Assembly (NCBI GenBank): GCA_937625935.1
Contig: OW569386.1
Location: forward strand, 124,001-188,000
Source of the DNA: Tetramitus jugosus
Lineage: Eukaryota > Protista > Heterolobosea
Direction: 5' to 3'
DNA length: 64,000 bases
Each line of letters opens with the position of its first letter. The first letter of the stretch is position 1. A model generated the notes under the pieces. That model was not told the origin of the DNA, made no database searches, and saw only the letters and a program-made list of their open reading frames with translations. This document shows positions 54,969 to 64,000 of this stretch, piece by piece. The translations under genes and the position numbers were made by a program.

Positions 54969-57900
54969 TTATACTGAAAAAGTTTGCTTGTTAAGGTTCT
55001 TGCCTGGTTTCAAGCTAAACGACTTTGGTCCGTTCCACTCGAACTTAACGTACTGTAAAATTTCAGGGGTCTTCATGGAAGACTTGTTTCCTGGGACTTC
55101 AAACGACTTGATAGCACGACTTCCAACACCAAGCAAGTTTAGAACACCACTACCATCCGTATTCCACAGCTTGCAAGTATAATCACGTGGGGAATATGTA
55201 CATAGATACTCTCCCGTAGGAGAGAAGGATACAGCTGCAACTGGCACCTTATGTGCTTCGAATAGCTGCCATTTGGAGGCAGTTCTCATGTCATAAATGA
55301 CAATATAACCATCCGTATTACCGACAGCTAATTTTTGTCTCTCTTGATGGAAGCTTACCATTGGATATACTTCGACCATGTATCTCAGAATGTTGGTACT
55401 GGCTGGCATGCATACATCTCTAATTGTAGGGAAATGTGGATCTAGAACCTTGAGTAAGAGACCGGTAACAGTGACTAAGTGATCAACAAGACAGTCAGGA
55501 TAGTGATGGATAAGGGGATAAAGGGAAGTAATGGCGGCTGACAACGTGGTAGTGGATGTCTGTTGAGCATTGGCTACCACTCCCGATATGAATGAGATAA
55601 ACTCTCGTGTGTCCACGGAAGCCATATTGATGAAAGCCTGCAAAGCATCGCTAGCTATCGTGTTCTCGGGCGAGTTAATCATCGACTTATTAGATTTGAT
55701 CAGTGCTGGTAAAGCCAATTGGAAAAGTTGTCTGCAAAAGGCAGCAGCATCAGGTATATAGTACTGCCAGATGGAGTAACCATCACCCAAGAGAGAAATT
55801 GCTGTGCTGTGTTGAGATCCACCTCTCTCCAAAATTTCAATTAGTCCCATTGCCGTAATACTGGCAATACGCCCATCAACAGCCTTTGGTTGCTTATATG
55901 CTAAAATTGCAAGAGCAACAACGATGTTTTGTTTGCTGTTGGTGCTAGCAGCACCTGAGGAATCAGTTTGCGACTCTAGCAGTGTGCTTGAGAGCTTTTC
56001 TGCCAAGTTCTTAAGCTGGGTTAACTCCATTCTTTGTAAAACAGAACCCATGACTGCTCTTGCCGCATTCTGTACTTCCTTTGCTGTATCTTTTAAGAAA
56101 TGGGCACACCAAAGGAATGATGGATCTTCGTACTGTTCGAAATCATTATGCATATCGTTCAAGTAGTACTTAATACACTGCGAACAAATGTCCTTGAGCT
56201 GTGGAATAGAACTGAGACAATTGAGGATAGATACGCAACTAATTGTATGCAGAGCACTTAACACTGGAGAGAATATGAAAGGATGACTGCGATTTGATGC
56301 TTTTGGAACAATCAAAGAGAAAGTAGATCCAACTCCCTTCAATCCAATATAAGCTGCTGGTTCAGGCGATTCAATCTTTAACAATTGGCGTAACTCACTC
56401 AAACTCTTATGTACACCATACTGGAATACATAAGCAAGCGCACATATGAGAGAGTATGGCAAATACTTCTCCTCACTGGGGTTCGCTTCTTGTTGCTCTC
56501 TCTTTTGCAACACTTCTCTGATTAGATCGCGTTTTGAATTGACATACCCGATTAATCTTCTCACGCTTAACATCAATAACTGCACATCTGGCTCTGTGTC
56601 CGTAACGGACAGTGGGACTGATTCCAAGAAACCCTTTGACACTTCAGTGTAAGCAGATTGCTTTGAGAAAGAAATTTTAACAGTAGGTCTTCTGCTGCTA
56701 CCAGGCCCTTCAGAACGCTCAATCAACTCAGCAGCGACCTTTCCGAACACTCTTCTCTCGAGTAATCCGGTGCTCAACTGCCATATGTACACTGATCCAT
56801 CGCTGCAACGAACCAAGAGATAGTCAAGATCAACTCGCCAATACACAGCTAGAACCGAACTAGAGTGACCACCTAGAACGTGTATTACTTCCATTGTGCG
56901 TATAGAATAAATAACTACGGATCTATCTTCAGCAACAGAGCAGAAACAATTTTGCATCTTCTTTCTGATCGTTTTTGGAGGTAAAAATATTAAATTCAAG
57001 GCACCACTATGATAGAAAAACTCTTGCAATAAATCTCCAGTAGCTAATGCCCATATTTTAACTGAGTAGTCAGCAGATCCTGAAACTAGCAACCTCCGGT
57101 CATTGTCTTCATCATCTACGACAAGCAGAGATGTAACTTTCATAGAATGAGCCTGGAATGTAATTGGTTGCTCAGCACTAACAGAAGTTGGGAAAATACC
57201 TATTTTGCCATCCAAATATCCATGAATCAGCTTTGGTGTTCGATCTCGATCAATTGCAAACTGACTGGCTGTTATGCGATTGTTATTAAGTTGTTTTTCT
57301 GATTTTGGCCATCCAGCCTCCAGCGAGCTGGTCGTTACCTCATCGATAATGACGACTTCTTGATCGTCCTTAACCTCTGTTGCGATATTCTCCATGCTCT
57401 GGGATCGAGACACTTGTGCTGTTTTGGAGGAACATATATCAATCGTCCATATTTTTAAGTTACCATTTGTGTCGGCTCTGAGAACAAAATTGCCTTGAGA
57501 TCTCCATACTGATGTTCCTAAACTAGCCTTCACATTCTCTTCCTCTTGCAGATGCTTAATTAATATTGGTTGTTGAATAGGTCTAGAGATTGGTGATGCA
57601 TGTTGATTGGAGTCAAAGATGCTAGATTTTGTTGCTCTCTCGATAGCGGCACCAATCGAGGTAGAGTTATCAGTCGCACCTTGGACATCATACTCGTACT
57701 CTGTGTCAAGGTGAGTTGGAGTACGTGGAGATATTTGTGGCGAGCTAGAGGTTTCTGTTGAATACTGGAGTGATTTGTTATCAATTGGAGTTGCAGGTGA
57801 TGGTTTCTGAACGATAATTGCTGGTTCGCTCGAATTTACGCTCACAGATGCGGACTTGGCATGCTTCGATGACGATGACGAACCAACTTGACTAGAAGAG

Positions 57901-59566
57901 TGGAATGATACATTGTGTTTGTGGGTGGATCCTTTCTCCTTCTCCTTCTCAGTTCTTCCAAGATTGAATAGAGAATCAAATGATGGTTTCTTCTTCATGC
58001 CAAAATTACTGAGTACACTACCAAGCGTATTGATCAGGTTTCCAGATTGATGAGTGTCCTTGCTCAGAGACTGTCGATTTGCTCTCATGCTATTATCTTC
58101 TGGCCTTCCTGTTGCATGTTGATATTCATTTTTAATGTATACAAACTGATCGTCATGCATGTCATCATCCGAATGATCATCATCAGATTCACTACCTCGA
58201 TTACTTAGTTTTGTAGTGGCTGTCATCGGTTGCACAGTTTTTTGCATTGTTACATTTACATTAGCTCGCTTTGTAATTACCATTGACTTCCTTAAACTAC
58301 CATCAACAGGTAACTTATATACATAGCCCTCCCCACTTTGTGCATAAATCAGCACATGGTCAGTATCAATAAATAGTCCTCCCTTCAATGTTTCAAATGG
58401 TAGAGCCGGCACAACAAATAATGGTCGATAACCCTGATAGGCAAACACCATCCACCTATCCTCAAACACAACGACCACATAGGCCCAATCGGGAGAATGA
58501 GCCACACACAATGGATTTGCACTCTGAGTGTCTACAGTGTAACAAGGCATCTGAGTGCCCAACTCTAAATTATTTGGATCATGCGAATATCGATCTCTCT
58601 GCTGCTCAAACATCCAATAGCGCAATGTACAATCCTCGCCGACACTCAACATGACTGTTCGATCAAAATTTTCGCTTGCTTCTCGGAAAATACCGCAGGA
58701 CAGTGATCGAACCCACTCTGTATGACCTTCAATACGTCTCACAATCTTCAACTGTTTCAAATCTACAATTTCAATATTGTTGTGCTTACCTGCACATGCA
58801 ACTTGATTTCCTCCTGGCAAACTAACAATGCTCGTTGGTGTATCAGATAGAATATAAGGCGAAAGAGCCATGCATCTTCCATCAGACAAATTCCAAACAC
58901 ACAATGATCCATCCACAGACACTAATAAACAACAATAATTGAAAATATGCAATCAAGATGATTATAATGTCAATTCATGTTACCCATAAAATTCACCACC
59001 TGTAATTTGTCCATAGTTAAATAAACAACCAAGAACAACATACCACTGCACACAGAAGGAGTATAATCATAGACACACTCTGCCATATCAGTCACCTTGC
59101 TCTCATGACCATAGAGCACAGCAAACGGTTCTGCACAATAACCACTCGCTTCCTTTTGTTGTTGATTCTCTAAAGAAGTGTCACTGAGCGTTGATTGTTG
59201 TTCAATTGACGTGTTACTTTCATCATCATGATCATCAATCATGTCACTATCATTGCTTTCACCATTTTTCATCATTGAAGTACTTGCATTGAATGGTAGT
59301 GCATGAACATCACTCAATCTTCTCTTGCCTTTCTTACTTCCCTTCTTCTCACAAGCAAAAATAGGTTGCCAAAAATGTGAGTCAAAATATTCAAATTTTG
59401 GTCAGATGTATACATTGTCAGAACTTACTCTTTGAAGAACCCAGAGAACACAGAGTCCGCCTTGGGTACCTGTTAGAATCCTCTCCTTGTTTTGAGTAAT
59501 GAGACATGATGTGAAGGAGAGTGTAGGTGGCTCATTCCAAAACACCAAGGGAAATCGAAGACTCAT
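54969..59566 (-). CDS. WDR7: WD40 protein WDR7/Rabconnectin-3beta-like; exons 59566-59429, about 59347-59044, 58921-54969
   Basis: Exon 1 MSLRFPLVFW...ILTGTQGGLCVLW matches the WDR7 N-terminus; VLYGH, DGSLCVWNLSDGRC, WRVDLDYLLVRCSDGSVYIWQ; intron 58922-59043 is clear, first-intron acceptor is ambiguous. Confidence 0.85.
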
Positions 59567-59958
59567 TGATGATGGTTATTGTGTGTTGATTCGAAGCTTA
59601 TTGTTGTTTGATTATTTTTGAGAACGCAAAAAGCTTTTGTTTTTTTTTCATGGCAGAAAGAACCCCTTGACAAATGCACGTGTGTTGGATATTTTGCAAG
59701 GAACGGAGCGAACGTCCCAACACACGAAGCGAGATGGGAAGATTCTCGTTGGTCTATGCACTGACGGTCATCACATCCATCCGAGATAGCAAGTACGATC
59801 GCCAATGATGAGACATTCCACGCAAAATCCAAAATCGAAAAATACCGGAGTATTCCTCTTCTTCGCGGTATTTCCACAAGGGTAAAAAAAACTGCGCAAG
59901 GTCGAGATCGAAGCAGAAGCAAATTTCCACACAACAGCTAAAAAAACCTTTGCGCTCT

Positions 59959-62724
59959 ATGGTGAACAAATCATCGAACAACAAGAGACAAGAAGCTTCT
60001 TCTCATATCATTGATCTCACCTCATCATCCTCATCTTCCACAACGTCAACCACCACCACCACTACTCCACAACAAGCTTCCTCCTCCAACAGTATTAACA
60101 ACAACACTCATAATTATTTGAAGCCTTCTTCGAAACGTTTGCGCCGCACCATTGTTCTCTCCTCTGATTCCGAACAAGAAACTGAAGAAGAATCCTTCCA
60201 CAAAAAACAAAAAATTGATCATAGCTCAAACAAGCAAACTACAACGGCAACAACGGTAACAACAGCACCAATACCAACAACAATGAGTGGATTTACAAGA
60301 AGAAGAACAACGACAGCAACTACACCATCAGGTCAAGCCAATCATGGCAATGGAGCAACCCCTAAAAAATCACTCAAGATTAAGCCATTTGCGTTGAAAA
60401 CACCTGGTCTCCCGGCCAATTTTGAACAAGATACATGGAGCATGTTACATGATGCTGTCGATGCCATTCACAAGAATGAACCCATTCATATATCACAAGA
60501 GGAACTGTACAAGGCAGTGAATGACATGTGTTTACACAAGTTTGAGAAATCACTGTTTATAAAGTTGGAGAAGACATCGAGAGAGAACGTACAGGAAAAT
60601 ATTTTTGCAAAAAAGTTGCGTGTCTGGGCAGAAAAGTTCTCCAGTGATTACATTACGTTTCTGAGTATGATCTCTGATGTCTGGGACAATTACTGTACTC
60701 AATTGTCAACGATTGCTAGCATTTTTCTGTATTTGGATCGTACGTTTGTCGTTTCCAGCTACAATCTGAATCAAAATATTGAAGAAATGGGAAGATATAG
60801 GTCATTGCGTGACATGGGACTTCAACAGTTTCGGTCCGAGTTGTTAAACATGAGAAATGCTCAAGTGTTGGATCGGATCATCTCTGGTCTGTTGAGTATG
60901 GTACAATCGGAGCGCGATGGTGACAATATCGATCGAAGAATATTGCAAAAATTGATTCGAATGTTGGTCTCGTTGCAAATTTATGCAGAACACTTTGAAG
61001 GACAATTTTTGAAGCAAACTGAAAAATTCTACATGATTGAGTCCAACAGACTCGTCCAAGAGAGAAACGTTTCAGAGTATTTGCTCTATGTCGAGAATCG
61101 GTTGCACCAAGAGAATGAAAGAGCACAATCATACTTGTTTGCCGGCACGAAACGTCCATTAATTGCCTGTGTAGAACGTGAATGCATACAGAAACATGTT
61201 GAATTGATTGTTGAAAGAGGATTTGACGAATTGATTCAAGAGCACAGATTGAAGGATCTGTCGAGAATGTATGACCTTTTCAAGCTGGTCAACGAATTGG
61301 AAAGATTGAAGCTCGCCTTTGTTAACTATATCAAGAAGAAGGGTGAAGCAATTGTACATAATGATGGATACAGTAACGGATCCGCTTCAGTAGGATCTGT
61401 GATTATTGAAGATGAGGCAACATCATCGGATAAGCCAATTGAAATGGTAGAGGAAGTTTTGAGATTTAAGGAAAAAATTGATGAAATACTCAAAGTATGC
61501 TTCAAGAACAATGAAACCTTTGTCTATGGTATGAAGTCTGGATTTGAATACTTTATCAACTCTAGGCAGAATCAACCAGCAGAATACATTGCCAAATTTA
61601 TTGATCAGAAACTCAGATCTGGTAGCAAGAGCTTAAATGATGAAGAATTGGAAAAGATGATGGATGACACCATGGTGCTGTTCAAATTCATTTCCGGCAA
61701 GGATGTTTTCGAAGCATTTTACAAGAAGGATCTAGCAAAAAGATTGCTCCTTGGTCGCAGTGCTAGCTTTGATGCTGAAAAATCCATGATATCTCGATTA
61801 AAGACTGAGAGTGGAAAGCAATTCACCAGCAAGCTCGAAGGAATGTTCCGTGATATTGACGTCTCATCGGATCTTATGACCGAATTCAAGAAATCAAAGG
61901 AATACTCGACATTCAAGAAGGAGAATGCCAGTTCAAAGAATATTGATCTGAATGTTACTGTGATCACCTCTGGATTCTGGCCATCCTATCCTGAGATTAA
62001 TGCTCGGTTCCCATCCAACATTGAGCCAATTCAAGAAGTGTTTAAAAAGTTCTACCTAGACAAGCACTCTGGTCGTGTTTTGAAGTGGCAAAACTCATTG
62101 GGCCAATGCACTCTTCGCGCTCATTTCCCATTAGGCTCGAAGGACATTTTGGCATCTGTATTCCAAGCTAGTATCCTATTCTTATTCAATGATAAGGATA
62201 CGTTGAGCTATTCTGAAATCAAGTCGCTCTGTGGTATTGATGATGAAGGCGAGTTGCGCAGAACATTGCAGTCATTAACTCTAGGCAAAGTCAAAGTTTT
62301 GACAAAAACACCAGCCATTGCAGAGAACAGCATTGACTCCTTTGATCCACAAAAGGTTCCAGATCTCGCATTCCACTACAACAAGGACTTCCATCACTCT
62401 CTCATCCGAATTCGAATCAACTCGATCCAGATTCGTGAGACAAAGCAGGAGCAAGCAGAAACCACTGAAAAGATTCTATTGGAGAGACAGTATGCCATCG
62501 ATGCAGCTATTGTGAGAATCATGAAAGCAAGAAAACAATTGTCTCACCAGCAACTTGTCACTGAAATATTTAAACAACTCAAGTTCCCAATCAAGGCTAT
62601 CGACATTAAGAAACGTATAGAAACATTGATTGAAAGAGAATATATTGAGCGAGTCAATGTTGATGTCACTGCTGAAGATGCTCACAACACCGCAACGACC
62701 ACCGGATACAAATACTTGGCCTAA
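59959..62724 (+). CDS. CUL4: Cullin-4
   Basis: EELYKAVNDMC, IFLYLDRTFV, GKDVFEAFYKKDLAKRLL, FTSKLEGMF, neddylation site RQYAIDAAIVRIMKARK. Confidence 0.93.
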   Translation: MVNKSSNNKRQEASSHIIDLTSSSSSSTTSTTTTTTPQQASSSNSINNNTHNYLKPSSKRLRRTIVLSSDSEQETEEESFHKKQKIDHSSNKQTTTATTVTTAPIPTTMSGFTRRRTTTATTPSGQANHGNGATPKKSLKIKPFALKTPGLPANFEQDTWSMLHDAVDAIHKNEPIHISQEELYKAVNDMCLHKFEKSLFIKLEKTSRENVQENIFAKKLRVWAEKFSSDYITFLSMISDVWDNYCTQLSTIASIFLYLDRTFVVSSYNLNQNIEEMGRYRSLRDMGLQQFRSELLNMRNAQVLDRIISGLLSMVQSERDGDNIDRRILQKLIRMLVSLQIYAEHFEGQFLKQTEKFYMIESNRLVQERNVSEYLLYVENRLHQENERAQSYLFAGTKRPLIACVERECIQKHVELIVERGFDELIQEHRLKDLSRMYDLFKLVNELERLKLAFVNYIKKKGEAIVHNDGYSNGSASVGSVIIEDEATSSDKPIEMVEEVLRFKEKIDEILKVCFKNNETFVYGMKSGFEYFINSRQNQPAEYIAKFIDQKLRSGSKSLNDEELEKMMDDTMVLFKFISGKDVFEAFYKKDLAKRLLLGRSASFDAEKSMISRLKTESGKQFTSKLEGMFRDIDVSSDLMTEFKKSKEYSTFKKENASSKNIDLNVTVITSGFWPSYPEINARFPSNIEPIQEVFKKFYLDKHSGRVLKWQNSLGQCTLRAHFPLGSKDILASVFQASILFLFNDKDTLSYSEIKSLCGIDDEGELRRTLQSLTLGKVKVLTKTPAIAENSIDSFDPQKVPDLAFHYNKDFHHSLIRIRINSIQIRETKQEQAETTEKILLERQYAIDAAIVRIMKARKQLSHQQLVTEIFKQLKFPIKAIDIKKRIETLIEREYIERVNVDVTAEDAHNTATTTGYKYLA

Positions 62725-62995
62725 ACGTAACAACTTTCTTATGAGGAATAATACACCCAACAAAATAAAAAACAACAAACAAAAATCCTTTTTTTGTAAA
62801 AATATCTCCTTATTTTGGGTTCTTTGAAGGATAACAGAACCACCACCAAACAAAGATGTCAAACAACAAACAATCAATAGATAAAATTTGTTTTTCATTT
62901 GTCTTTATACAGTCGCTCGAGTATTTGTTTCAAATCTCTCTTTCTCTCAATATCCATTTTCCAATTCTAATTGTTGTTATCAATCAAATTTTCAT

Positions 62996-63436
62996 TCACG
63001 CACTCTTCTGTGATGACGATGATGTAGTTGCCTTTGAAGTTTGCGCATAAACTTCCAATAGAAGATTATCCAACTCTCTCTCCAACTCCTTCTCCAGTTT
63101 GACTTGAGTCTCGGAGATGCTGCCCTCCTTGGTAGACAAGGCCTCTGTCCAATTGTCCAACAATACGTCACTAATGGCCAAATCACGCATTTGTAGGCCA
63201 TATTGGAAAGTGGTTGGCTTTCTGACGGTGCTCTAAAAAAAAAATTTCATTTTTGAATTTCGATCCATAATGTTAGTTAGTTCGTTTGTTGCACATGTGA
63301 GAGATCGGAAGTGAAAAAAGTGCAAAAAATACGGTACCCATCGACCATCAGCGTATCTTCTGACGACGGCTTGACCACCTCCCATGAGTCCAACGAAGAG
63401 AGATAAACCAATGAATGCTGGAAGAATCTGAGACAT
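62996..63436 (-). CDS. Complex I subunit NDUFA1/MWFE-like with C-terminal extension; exons 63436-63338 and 63232-62996
   Basis: Intron 63233-63337 (GTACCG...CTAAC...TAG) gives MSQILPAFIG...RRYADGRWSTVRKPTTFQYGLQMRDLAIS, with the ILP-TM-...M.RD..IS pattern of MWFE. Confidence 0.6.
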
Positions 63437-63853
63437 GTTGTTTGCTTTTAATCAAGTAATGAAAATGTGCTGCTGGAAGTTTTTTTGTGATTTTGCGTTT
63501 TTTTGGTCGGCGCTAGATGAAAAAGTCCGCTTCTACAATTGTCCCGGCTTTTTTGTCGGTGATTTGATTACATCCATTTGAATTTCACCAAGGTGTGTTC
63601 TTGTTGAGAATCACCAGCTCTCATTGCCTTCTTCCACACTCCCTCGTGTTTCAATCATCTCGGAATAATTCCTGTCACCTCAGATTTCTCTGACAACATG
63701 ACATCTGGCGGTGAATTTTCTGCGCTCGAAATTCCCCAAAGGAAAATGAATTCTCATTTTTTGTGTTCCAAAACAACCTCACAAATATCATCACCAATCA
63801 AAACGACCACCTGCCTCTCTGAAGAGAAACTTGACACACAATAGAGGAGGAAA

Positions 63854-64000
63854 ATGAGGGTCATCAAATATGTTTGCATATGCGAACTAGTTCCCATCTC
63901 TCCAATCACCACATCAACATCAACAACAACAATAGCTCCAACGACATTAACAACATCAACAGCAGCAGCAGCAGCAACAGCAACAACTCATGAAGAACAA
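63854..64000 (+). CDS. Possible start of a gene running out of the window
   Basis: ATG at 63854, open to the window end, Thr/Ala-rich like other N-termini here. Confidence 0.4.
   Translation, partial: MRVIKYVCICELVPISPITTSTSTTTIAPTTLTTSTAAAAATATTHEEQ

Overview
Gene-dense, intron-poor eukaryotic (protist) DNA with short GT-AG introns, short intergenic gaps and N/Q/T low-complexity tracts. The gene style, including an STK-AAA-GAF histidine kinase, resembles heterolobosean amoeboflagellates, but that assignment is inference. The window holds about 27 protein-coding loci, among them NAA50-like, MFS, CEP78, ZSWIM8-like, PIGW, NDUFAF3, RCHY1, lipin, EamA, KATNAL2, TELO2, a divergent actin, RhoGAP-LIM, CHID1, WDR7, CUL4 and NDUFA1-like, plus tRNA-iMet(CAT) and tRNA-Glu(CTC). 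The main finding is at 50648-54950: four non-LTR retrotransposon pieces stacked in one orientation, starting 40-56 bp upstream of tRNA-Glu with their 5' ends facing the tRNA. They are separated by copies of one target sequence, (TA)TTAAAAAACGAAGAA, which parallels the TRE5 tRNA-targeting strategy of Dictyostelium. The stack includes an ORF1-only polyadenylated element, a shared 3' stem-loop, and a nested 195-bp MITE. Other points are a histidine kinase with both kinase modules degenerate, a protein with about 18 IQ-like repeats, a candidate H/ACA RNA and recurrent E2F-like promoter motifs.
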